IMG/VR virus record: IMGVR_UViG_3300025653_000125
Location: 1 to 34,031 of that record
From: a virus
Lineage: Duplodnaviria; Caudoviricetes
Direction: 5' to 3' (one strand)
Length of the DNA: 34,031 nucleotides
The position numbers were made by a program, and so were the translations under genes. Below are positions 19,701-26,385 of the stretch, in pieces. How positions within the stretch are numbered: the stretch's first letter is position 1; each line of letters starts with the position of its first letter. The notes under the pieces were generated by a model that did no database searches, had not been told where the DNA came from, and saw only the letters and a program-made list of their open reading frames with translations.

Positions 19701-22700
19701 CATGGCTGAGGTTCGAAAGAGATCTTACGGGAAGTAACACTACGATCCGACCGCCTCACGGACTGATCTCTCTGTACAACGACATAGATACGTGGGTCGC
19801 TACTCATTCGCGCCTGTCTGATCAACAAGTACAGGCAGCTAGGGAGGGGCTAGAAACCGCTCGAGAGATGGGCGAGGTCTATGCCTCAGGGGAAGCAACG
19901 CCCGACATAACCGGAAAGCTCATGCTTTGGGGCATCATGTCGAGAATGCTCACCGCCTCGGCTCAAGAGGCTGGCTTTGTTGATCTGCTAACAAAAATGC
20001 CCGGGGCAAAAGATGACCCCGCAGGTGACATCATTCAGAAAACGCTTGATGGCACCATGACAGAGCAGGACGTGAAGAGCTGGGAGAAGGCAGTAAAACG
20101 CCTCATACCAGAGGGTTCGTTCGGTCGATCTGGCACAAGCAATGCTAACGATTGGGCAAAGTTTATGCTCAAGATGTCTGAGCGCACTGAAGACGGCAGA
20201 AGCAGGCTGGAGGAGCTGCACGATCTTGTAGGTAATCGATCAATCTCCACCGTAGATGTTCGTCGTCAGTTCCAGGGGATGATCAACAACCCCGGAATCG
20301 GCAACAAAGTATTCTCGTTCTTAATGTTAATGACCGGGCGTGACGACGTAGTCATCCTCGACCGGATTCAGCTCAACTCAATGTGGGATGCGGGGCGTTA
20401 CGGCAAGCTTATCTACGACGACATTGCAGATGAGTTCGACAAGGGGCACGGTCTGGCTCGATACGAAGCGCTTGAGAAATCTCTCAACCAGCGCATCAAA
20501 GAGCTTTATCGGAGGCTTGGTCGAGAAGATGAAGGCTCAGTAGGCAGATACCATTGGGAGAGCTGGGTTCTGAACTCAGGTCAGGTCGTTGCACACCCAA
20601 CGATGAAGGGGCTGTTAGACGACGCAAGAGGTGCAGACACACCTTATGCCGACATGGGTGCGCCTGAAGGCAAGATGAACCTGTTTAGGTACGGCGCGAT
20701 CTACGCCCGAGACCCTGACGGCAACCCGTATTTCCTGTATGCTGATCAGTCAAACAAGCCGTACCGTTTCACCCCAAAAAAGTTCTCCGAATTCTTGGAT
20801 CAAGTCAAACTTCGGAAGCGCAACATTATCCCGAAAGGGTTCAAGGTAAGTGAATATGACAAAGGATTCCCTTGGTACGAAGCCGATGGCGTCAACAGAG
20901 ACAACCTCGATGCCCTCATCCGCGAGTACGCAGAAAGAGAAGCAGTTGAAAGCGACTATGCTGTTGAAGAAACTGATGTCCAAGACGACGCCGATGTCGG
21001 CGGACAGCCCGAGGCAGAACGCCCAAGATACATAAAGGGCAAGCGAACACCGGACAATAGTCCACCCCACGAAGTCACATTCAACCTCGATGACGAGTAC
21101 CTTGTAGATAGGGACCTTTCGCAGCGCCTAAACAGGCTAATGCCAAAGAGCTTTAGCAAGGCTCTTGTCGATCGTTACGGAAGACTCAAAGAGCTCGAGG
21201 ATCGTCTCGCTGCCAGTGTCGGTATGGACCGCATGCCGGCATCAGTATCTGCTTACGACGCAGAAAACCTTATGCACTCCAAGGTGCAGAATCAGATCGA
21301 AGAATTTGAGAACGACTACATCAAGCCAATAGCGGCAATGATGAAGGCGGCAGATCTCGATGGTGAACAGGTAGGTCTGTACTTGCTGGCTAAGCATGCC
21401 CCGGAACGTAACAGGGTCATTGCCGAACGCGAGCAAGCCATGAGGGCGGAGCAAATAGATCGCCTCAACAAAGCACTTGAGGACTCAATGGGCGCTCTCG
21501 ATCGCCCGGTCGAATCTATCACTGAGCGACTAGACAAGCTTGAGAACGAGCCTCTCCGATTCCAAGACACCGGTTCGGGCATGACCGACTCTGAGGCAGA
21601 GTCTGTGATCGCCACGGCAAAGCTCGAAGACAAGTATGACGCGCTCGAGGAGATCTCAAGCAAGGTCTACGAGATGCTTTCTGACATGCGTCAGAACATG
21701 GTTGACAAGGGCTTGCTGGATGACGAGACAAAAGAGGACTGGCAAGACACGTATGAATTCTATGTGCCGCTGAAGGGCTTTGCCGCCCTAGAGCAAGACG
21801 GCGACATGGTTGCGGGTACTGGGGCGAAAGGCTTCAGCGTTACAGGCAAGGAGTCCTTTAAGGCGAAGGGTCGTGTAACCATGCCAGCCAATCCACTGCT
21901 AAATGCGTTTGTGGACGGCGAGACAAAAATTATTAGGGCGGAAAAAAATGTAATCGCCCAACGTCTACTGAAGATGCTCAGCAAGTTTAAGTCTGACCAG
22001 TGGAGCGTTTACCCGCCAACGCAGTACCCGTTCCAAACGCCGCCAGACGATATTAGCGTGCGGAAGAGCAAAAGCCAGATGGCTTCTGAGATGCGCCCCG
22101 ATGACGACAAGGTTCACCGATACATACAGGTAAAGCGCAACGGGCAGGACCACTTCATTGAGATTCGCGATAAGGAGCTGAACAGAAACCTGCAGGCTGG
22201 CAGTGTGGGCATATTCAATTCCGAGGTTGAGTCGTTCAACCAAATCATGACCTTTATGCGGGAATTCCAGAACTTCCGTCGCGACATGATCATCAACTAC
22301 AACCCAAGCTGGGGACTGGTTAACCCAATCAGAGACGTTCAAACGGGACTCGCTTTCATTCTTGCCGAGCAAGACTCTCGTGCCGGCAGGCTGAAAGACA
22401 AGGACCTGATCTGGGAGGTGGTAAAAGGATGGGGACCATCGTGGAAGGCGTTGTGGCGTGATGCTCGGGGCAATGAGCCCAAGACAGATGAAGCTAAAGA
22501 GCTGGCGCAGTTTGTTAAGGACTATAAAGACGACGGCGCTCCTACCGGCATTGCTTACAGCAAAAGCATTGATGAGCAAGCCCGCCGCATTGAGACGCTG
22601 ATAAAGCGAGGAAAAATTAGAGAAGCGTTTGCTTATTTAGGCAAGGTTGTTGAGGACTTCAATCAGGTAATGGAGAACGTTACCCGGCTGTCCACTTATA

Positions 22701-23956
22701 TTGCCGCACGAAAATCTGGGGTCGAGAGAACAACTGCTGCGACCGTGGCTAAAGACCTGACAGTTAACTTCAATCGCAAAGGGGAGCTCAGCTCCGCAAC
22801 AGACACCTTCTACCTATTCTTCAACGCTGCAATACAGGGCAACGTGAATACTGCCGAGGCTGTATTGAAGTCAGGCAGGGATGGCGAGAAGCTTACCAAG
22901 GCTCGAATGGTCGCCGCGGGGCTTGTGCTTGCCGGGTTTGCAAGGACGTTGATAAACATCTGGATGTCTGGTGAGGATGAGGATGGAGAGTCTACCTACC
23001 TCGACTACAACGAGTATGCCCTAAAATCAGGAATGCTATTCCGTATCAGTGATGAGCAAGGCTTTGCATTGCCTAAGGCGTATGGATGGGGCTTCTACGA
23101 TGACGTAGGTCGTTTGGGCGCTGAGCTGGCTATGGACCTCAAAAGTCCAGATCAGGTCGGTGTGGATCTGCTGACATCTATGGATCGGCACTTTAACCCC
23201 CAGGGTATACACGCCGTCTCAGATGACCGAGATGCGTCAGAGTCAGTAATGCTGAAGCTAGGCTTCCTCGCCGGACCGGACGTTACTGACTTCGCTCTAG
23301 AGCAAGCTGCAAATATCAACTACTTCGGGGAGAACATTACGATCCCCCAGAACCCGTTCTTGGTGCAGAAGCCCAAGTCACAAAAGACCCGCAGGCGCAC
23401 GTCTGATTGGATTGAGAGCACAACTAAAACCATTGCCGAGCTGAGTGGTGGTGACGACTACATCCCGGGCAGCGTTGAGGTCAACCCAGATAGAGTTCAG
23501 CACGGATTAGATTTCCTGCTCGGAGGTGTTGGTAGGTTCTTCAATGATGCAGCCGACACTGCGACCAAGTCTCTGAATGACAGACCCGGAGACCTGAAGG
23601 CTGACGACGTACCAATCATCCGCACGTTCTTCCCTAGAGTCAGTCAATACAAGGATCGAGTTACTTATTACGACTCTCGCAACGAGTGGCTCCAGTATCG
23701 AACGCAGATCAGAGACGCTGACGCAGAGGAAAGCAAGACACTTGTAGAGCGTTACGGCAGAGAGCTGTACCAGTTCGAGACCTTCCACAGTCAAGCAGAG
23801 AAGCAGCTCAGAAAACTGTCCAAGCAGAAGAAGCTACTCGAGGATAACGGTGTCATCGATCCAATGGTGCGATATGAAAAGCTGGACGAGATCACGGCTC
23901 AACAGGAGCTGATCTTCGACCGGTACAACAAGAAGTGGAACGAAGTTAAACCCTAA
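16766..23956 (+). CDS. Large polyvalent ejection protein (zincin-like metallopeptidase, HhH-glycosylase-like domain, C-terminal LPD38-like region)
   Basis: 2396 aa. Gly/Ala-rich N-terminal helices with 'EGFTEFTQE'. HEVMH at 18707-18721 with downstream ELFAQ at 18971-18985. 'PGIGNKVFSF...DVVILDRIQ' at ~20291-20371. C-terminal 'YVPLKG', 'NPIRDVQT', 'DLTVNFNRKG...FYLFFNAAIQG', 'LPKAYGWG'. Confidence 0.85.
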   Translation: MAGIVLGRKTPFAPELPEQKTEDLGDKLTEGGILADTQFGKGLDAGIDQTQGLGGALKATVGSAIGNEEWVDSGLAYYRKKMQDAANVGANVTSVEEIDSFGDFTDWAGYTLGTLVPDVVGGGVAGVAAKAGTKKLLKNKLEQEADTIGKRLAEKVTQKNYDAAAGFVGYSAAQNTASNFAEIYEETGLEAPGKALAVGVAQGALDRFGVPQRAFKRMFGSDGLEQFNDDIAERVFMSKDYVLAVGREAVKAAGVEGFTEFTQEFLGRAAVAWAEENLPEDQQREFLEIVADERSKSMYINSFASGVLAGTAGGAAIQATKVGGRRPDQPGPEGPEPFSEEAEQARINRMPEARRKVIELTQAETTIDPEGGPTPEPTPGTVALTPEETTIQPGQDPSMDILLEGYDRPPAEPMLYWGNMPVPLQKQLIVDGMEDDIATEADLRAAAEKLEGTERSSALNAINASVNRGTRRAVPLETQQTDEFGGEIFMVSTPETLSQKIESFNDAAARGPIPKTTGEGEFASQGVTEADINFNITPSRGPVSMLTEDGRTVQLPGLTDFVGSTDPTANPALEEAASIYLDLAMRGVPKEFRDLVKGTHVLSTEDIPHDAEAAFLDRSSVIGMRFDHLLEGADDEQRARRNRFNTAHEVMHAADFRNGYSSAIDHFKMKVEDIDGDGQPDISMGRAIEEIFDLWESDAEGAGFFSYPLDALYDNIAKQNGDPEKIQGVLDGAREELFAQLGAAYVANEGSIQKSLPFGHSIIEDIFANPVPAEQLVTNDVRGLYGNQEANQETPVSEGAGVPRDVRTPAESGGVQVQDEGGAGGTGGPSLVEEQASESVGGTPEPEAGDSAGQVLPVERTELRQSLLQSIPEGGISSAQLSEQVGQEEANFRDLLDQMEEDGEITSELTADGELYLPASSEPKFIKKGAEYLLQNSRGKTTGKASVTKAINPKNAAKQIPALQALSDRHDDPLSSPAAWLRFERDLTGSNTTIRPPHGLISLYNDIDTWVATHSRLSDQQVQAAREGLETAREMGEVYASGEATPDITGKLMLWGIMSRMLTASAQEAGFVDLLTKMPGAKDDPAGDIIQKTLDGTMTEQDVKSWEKAVKRLIPEGSFGRSGTSNANDWAKFMLKMSERTEDGRSRLEELHDLVGNRSISTVDVRRQFQGMINNPGIGNKVFSFLMLMTGRDDVVILDRIQLNSMWDAGRYGKLIYDDIADEFDKGHGLARYEALEKSLNQRIKELYRRLGREDEGSVGRYHWESWVLNSGQVVAHPTMKGLLDDARGADTPYADMGAPEGKMNLFRYGAIYARDPDGNPYFLYADQSNKPYRFTPKKFSEFLDQVKLRKRNIIPKGFKVSEYDKGFPWYEADGVNRDNLDALIREYAEREAVESDYAVEETDVQDDADVGGQPEAERPRYIKGKRTPDNSPPHEVTFNLDDEYLVDRDLSQRLNRLMPKSFSKALVDRYGRLKELEDRLAASVGMDRMPASVSAYDAENLMHSKVQNQIEEFENDYIKPIAAMMKAADLDGEQVGLYLLAKHAPERNRVIAEREQAMRAEQIDRLNKALEDSMGALDRPVESITERLDKLENEPLRFQDTGSGMTDSEAESVIATAKLEDKYDALEEISSKVYEMLSDMRQNMVDKGLLDDETKEDWQDTYEFYVPLKGFAALEQDGDMVAGTGAKGFSVTGKESFKAKGRVTMPANPLLNAFVDGETKIIRAEKNVIAQRLLKMLSKFKSDQWSVYPPTQYPFQTPPDDISVRKSKSQMASEMRPDDDKVHRYIQVKRNGQDHFIEIRDKELNRNLQAGSVGIFNSEVESFNQIMTFMREFQNFRRDMIINYNPSWGLVNPIRDVQTGLAFILAEQDSRAGRLKDKDLIWEVVKGWGPSWKALWRDARGNEPKTDEAKELAQFVKDYKDDGAPTGIAYSKSIDEQARRIETLIKRGKIREAFAYLGKVVEDFNQVMENVTRLSTYIAARKSGVERTTAATVAKDLTVNFNRKGELSSATDTFYLFFNAAIQGNVNTAEAVLKSGRDGEKLTKARMVAAGLVLAGFARTLINIWMSGEDEDGESTYLDYNEYALKSGMLFRISDEQGFALPKAYGWGFYDDVGRLGAELAMDLKSPDQVGVDLLTSMDRHFNPQGIHAVSDDRDASESVMLKLGFLAGPDVTDFALEQAANINYFGENITIPQNPFLVQKPKSQKTRRRTSDWIESTTKTIAELSGGDDYIPGSVEVNPDRVQHGLDFLLGGVGRFFNDAADTATKSLNDRPGDLKADDVPIIRTFFPRVSQYKDRVTYYDSRNEWLQYRTQIRDADAEESKTLVERYGRELYQFETFHSQAEKQLRKLSKQKKLLEDNGVIDPMVRYEKLDEITAQQELIFDRYNKKWNEVKP
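19119..19340 (+). CDS. Candidate overprinted small gene nested in the polyvalent protein gene (73 aa)
   Basis: +1 frame; RBS-like TAAGAGGT at 19107-19114; protein-like amphipathic helices, while the host frame here is a low-complexity G/E/P linker. Confidence 0.6.
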   Translation: MGIRKLTKKPLSPKVQEYLETFGHLPSQEAFKFKTKEELEELADLALSRNKPVKAWAERPNLKLGTVQDKYYQ

Positions 23957-23966
23957 GGAGATAGTC

Positions 23967-24074
23967 ATGCACGACGGTAAACCCTGTAAAGGAAAGCGCG
24001 GCAAAAAATCCATGAAAAAGGCTTTGCCCAAGCGCGGTCAACGAGCTGCGACTAACAAGCGCAAGCGAGGATAG
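23967..24074 (+). CDS. Very basic microprotein (35 aa, MHDGKPCKGKRGKKSMKK...RKRG)
   Basis: Below the track cutoff; strong RBS AAGGAG; fills the gap after the giant gene. Confidence 0.65.
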   Translation: MHDGKPCKGKRGKKSMKKALPKRGQRAATNKRKRG

Positions 24075-24078
24075 TTCG

Positions 24079-24243
24079 GTGGCTAATGAGCCCACAGACA
24101 AAGCCCTGTATGCCCGGGTCAAAGCCGCAGCAAAGAAGAAGTTCAAGGTCTATCCATCAGCCTACGCCAACGCTTGGCTTGTGCGTGAATACAAGAAGCG
24201 TGGCGGTAAGTACAAGACGGTGAAGAAGCGTGGCAAAAAGTGA
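24079..24243 (+). CDS. Basic microprotein (54 aa, DUF5872-like)
   Basis: GTG start with GAGGA RBS; 'PTDKALYARVKAAAKKKFKVYPSAYANAWLVREYKKRGGKY' is a motif I recognise from marine phage small proteins. Confidence 0.75.
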   Translation: MANEPTDKALYARVKAAAKKKFKVYPSAYANAWLVREYKKRGGKYKTVKKRGKK

Positions 24244-24496
24244 CGGCGGTCTGACACGCTGGTTCAAAGAAGACTGGCGCGATATCAAGACGGGTAAGAA
24301 GTGTGGACGGTCAGGGAAGGACAAGAAGAAGCGTCCTTATCCTGCTTGTCGTCCCTCGAAACGTGTTTCGTCGAAGACACCAAAGACAAGTGGGGAAATG
24401 TCTTCCGCTGAAAAGGCTCGCATGAAGAAGGCGAAGACAAGCTCGAAGAAGATACCGTATTCTCATCAGAGAAAGCGAACTGCGGCGAAGCGCTAA
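24230..24496 (+). CDS. Basic small protein (88 aa), usual partner of the preceding family
   Basis: 'GGLTRWFKEDWRDIKTGKKCGR...YPACRPSKRVSSKTPKT' motif; overlaps the previous stop. Confidence 0.75.
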   Translation: MAKSDGGLTRWFKEDWRDIKTGKKCGRSGKDKKKRPYPACRPSKRVSSKTPKTSGEMSSAEKARMKKAKTSSKKIPYSHQRKRTAAKR

Positions 24497-24692
24497 CGCA
24501 GTTAAGAAAATCCACCACGTCCGTTTTGGTGCGTTGCACCACGACGATATCGATGTCCACGAGCGACAGATCCTTACCCGACTTACGCAGCTCCTTTAAG
24601 AAGTCATGCCTGTGCTTGGACGTATCATAAAACGTCGTTACCGGCGGACATTCGTTGTGATCTACAATGCGATAGATGTTCCAAGTGGTCAT
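24285..24692 (-). CDS. Hypothetical protein next to attP (135 aa; 3' half antisense to the 88-aa gene)
   Basis: Strong RBS GGAGGT before ATG; the first ~65 aa look globular and occupy otherwise empty sequence. Confidence 0.55.
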   Translation of the reverse strand: MTTWNIYRIVDHNECPPVTTFYDTSKHRHDFLKELRKSGKDLSLVDIDIVVVQRTKTDVVDFLNCVSASPQFAFSDENTVSSSSLSSPSSCEPFQRKTFPHLSLVSSTKHVSRDDKQDKDASSCPSLTVHTSYPS

Positions 24693-24703
24693 GATTTACC
24701 TCC

Positions 24704-24758
24704 AAATAAAGCGGGTATCTCACCCCCCGCAAAGGCGGGTCGGATGGGGTGAGAACCC
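24704..24758 (-). terminator. Long hairpin plus U-rich tail beyond attP (tI/sib-like position for the int transcript)
   Basis: Minus strand: GGGTTCTCACCCC...GGGGTGAGATACCC stem followed by GCTTTATTT. Confidence 0.5.
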
Positions 24759-24820
24759 AAACAAGGGTTGGAGTCCATGGGGCAGAATGCAGCTATCGAG
24801 CGCATCTCATAAGTGCTTTG

Positions 24821-24833
24821 TAAGTTATTGATA
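24821..24833 (-). promoter_or_regulatory. IHF-like site in the left attP arm
   Basis: Reverse complement TATCAATAACTTA fits WATCAANNNNTTR exactly. Confidence 0.6.
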
Positions 24834-24866
24834 TGATGAAAAAAGACAGAAATAACAAGGGGTTCC

Positions 24867-24914
24867 ACCTTGCCAAGGTTGAGGTCGCGAGTTCGAATCT
24901 CGTTTCCCGCTCCA
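24867..24914 (+). mobile_element. attP core: 3' 48 nt of tRNA-Gly(GCC)
   Basis: ACCTTGCCAAGGTTGAGGTCGCGAGTTCGAATCTCGTTTCCCGCTCCA contains the anticodon loop, T-arm, 3' acceptor strand and CCA. The 5' half is absent. It lies ~100 nt downstream of the integrase stop. Confidence 0.92.
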
Positions 24915-24934
24915 ATTTCTGTTTCGTCAACAGC

Positions 24935-24946
24935 ATCAACAAGTTA
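24935..24946 (+). promoter_or_regulatory. IHF-like site in the right attP arm
   Basis: ATCAACAAGTTA fits ATCAANNNNTTR (the first W position mismatches). Confidence 0.5.
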
Positions 24947-24978
24947 CGTCTGCCCCTATGGGGTCCAACCTAACTGTA

Positions 24979-25021
24979 AGGGACTCGGCGTGTTCAACGA
25001 ACCCGGGATCCCTCGTTTTTT
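24979..25021 (+). terminator. Intrinsic terminator facing the att core (would end the host tRNA transcript in the prophage)
   Basis: AGGGACTCGG...CCGGGATCCCT stem followed by CGTTTTTT. Confidence 0.6.
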
Positions 25022-25911
25022 CAAGGTTGGAGTACCCCTTCCAACCTGTTAATTACCACTCTCTTATGCTCGGTTCCCAAGTGGGTGTACCGGGCAATCG
25101 AGTTCAGGCTACTCCAGTTGCCAAGCTCCTTGAGCTCGACGGCTTGAGTGCCGTTCTTTATGTGCAGACTGGCGAACGTGTGGCGCAGAGTGTGGAACGT
25201 TGTTCCGGCAGGTAGACCTGCATTCCGCACCGCTTTTCTCCATGTCTTATTGCACACCGCTTTTACCGATAGCGGGTTACCACACTGCTGGTAAAACACG
25301 TATGCAATCTCACCTACCCGGGGGCGGTTGAACTGCAGATCCAGCTTGTCGTTGTGACGCCGCCTCAGTAAAGCTTGAAGCGTTTTGCCGATGGGAATAC
25401 ACAACGGTTTGTTGTTCTTCATCTCGGCTGCAGGTATGACGATCTCTTTGAAATCATCCGAAACATACCGCCACCGTAGGAGTCTGACATTGTTGTTTCG
25501 CATCCCGGTGTGGACTGCGAACTTCGCCATGTCAGCTCTCAGCGGATCTAGGTTTTGGAGTAACCGTTGTATCTGGTCGGGCTCCAAATAGTTAGTCCGC
25601 TTGTTCTCCTCGAGCAGCTTAATTTTTGGTGGGACAAACTGTAGGTCCAGCTCCTCGACACCGAAGTTAAGCATCGCTCTCAGATAGGTCAGGTAACAAT
25701 TGACGGTAGCCTGTGCGAGACCGCGTTCCTCGACCAGTTCCTGCTGCATCATATAGATGTCAGCTTTCTTGACCTCGTCGATTGGTCGGTCGCCCCACCG
25801 GGCTTTCATCTCTCCGATGACCCTACGTGCGACTTCGTTTCGTTCCTTGCCTCGAGAGCTTTTGCTCTTGAGATAGACACCTGCAAGTTCATTAAACGTC
25901 CATTGCTTCAT
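25021..25911 (-). CDS. int: Tyrosine integrase (likely start 25911, 296 aa)
   Basis: Catalytic set TGMR, MKN, FHTLRH, LGNW, RYTH; core-binding 'ATVNCYLTYLRAMLN'; GGAGAG RBS before MKQWTF; adjacent to attP. Confidence 0.93.
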   Translation of the reverse strand: MKQWTFNELAGVYLKSKSSRGKERNEVARRVIGEMKARWGDRPIDEVKKADIYMMQQELVEERGLAQATVNCYLTYLRAMLNFGVEELDLQFVPPKIKLLEENKRTNYLEPDQIQRLLQNLDPLRADMAKFAVHTGMRNNNVRLLRWRYVSDDFKEIVIPAAEMKNNKPLCIPIGKTLQALLRRRHNDKLDLQFNRPRVGEIAYVFYQQCGNPLSVKAVCNKTWRKAVRNAGLPAGTTFHTLRHTFASLHIKNGTQAVELKELGNWSSLNSIARYTHLGTEHKRVVINRLEGVLQP

Positions 25912-25954
25912 TTCATCTCTCCATGAATGTGGAGATGCGCTCGAAGCTTTGGCG

Positions 25955-25983
25955 ATCATATGATGTTCTTTCTGCACAGTCCA
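25955..25983 (-). promoter_or_regulatory. Putative sigma70 promoter of int (TGGACT-17-TATGAT)
   Basis: Correct spacing; lies just downstream of the early-operon terminator; predicted +1 near 25948. Confidence 0.55.
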
Positions 25984-26000
25984 ACCTCTTAATCCGACTT

Positions 26001-26022
26001 AAAAGAGCCCCCCGAAGGGGGC
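26001..26022 (-). terminator. Intrinsic terminator of the leftward early operon
   Basis: GCCCCC-TTCG-GGGGGC followed by TCTTTT. Confidence 0.8.
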
Positions 26023-26029
26023 AAGCACA

Positions 26030-26148
26030 CTATGAAAGATCAGCTCGTAACGTGAGCCACCCGGAATTTAGTGAGGCGTTTTGGACACCGGTGCCTCTAG
26101 CCAGCTTTCACGGGAGCGGAATCCCTGTCCTATCTCATGGAGTGAGAA
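26030..26148 (-). ncRNA. Candidate structured RNA between the last early gene and the terminator
   Basis: Nested stems TCTCA/TGAGA, GGGA/TCCC, TGAAAG/CTTTCA, GAGGC/GCCTC and GCTC/GAGC; no family recognised. Confidence 0.4.
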
Positions 26149-26385
26149 TTAGTTAATCACTTCGCCCTCGGCGATTTCAGTTTCGCCATCGTCCGTGGGT
26201 AGAAGTTTTTGCAGGTCAATGTTGATAACCTCCAGCCCAATTCGAGCAAGCTCCAGGGTCGTGCCCATAACAGCCAGTGCGTTCTGACCGTTCTGTGCGC
26301 GAACCAAAAGCTCTTTGCAGGGTTGGCTTAGATCATCAACGTTGTAAGTTTGACCGTTGACTTGGATTTGTTGCTGTTCGCTCAT
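26149..26385 (-). CDS. Small hypothetical protein (possibly DUF6447-like)
   Basis: RBS AGGAG; 'IQVNGQTYNVDDLS' followed by a helical hairpin. Confidence 0.7.
   Translation of the reverse strand: MSEQQQIQVNGQTYNVDDLSQPCKELLVRAQNGQNALAVMGTTLELARIGLEVINIDLQKLLPTDDGETEIAEGEVIN

Noticed and set aside
20850-21035. Second nested +1-frame ORF after the glycosylase-like domain
   Set aside because: S/T/M/K-rich composition typical of a frame shadow, and no convincing RBS.
21965-22579. 204-aa minus-strand ORF inside the giant gene
   Set aside because: Antisense to a motif-bearing region; no RBS or recognisable pattern.
24840-24914. Complete tRNA-Gly gene
   Set aside because: The 5' acceptor strand and D-arm are missing; it is an att core only.
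24870-25215. Plus-strand ORFs over attP and the int 3' end
   Set aside because: Translation of tRNA-derived and antisense sequence, with no RBS.
24796-25944. Invertible DNA segment or IS element bounded by the 13-bp inverted repeats
   Set aside because: No invertase or transposase, no target duplication, and the repeats lack the dyad form of tyrosine-recombinase core sites. An RNA or operator role fits better, though inversion is not strictly excluded.
26030-26148. Hammerhead or other known ribozyme
   Set aside because: CUGAU is not followed by GA and the core is not arranged as required; kept only as an unassigned structured RNA.
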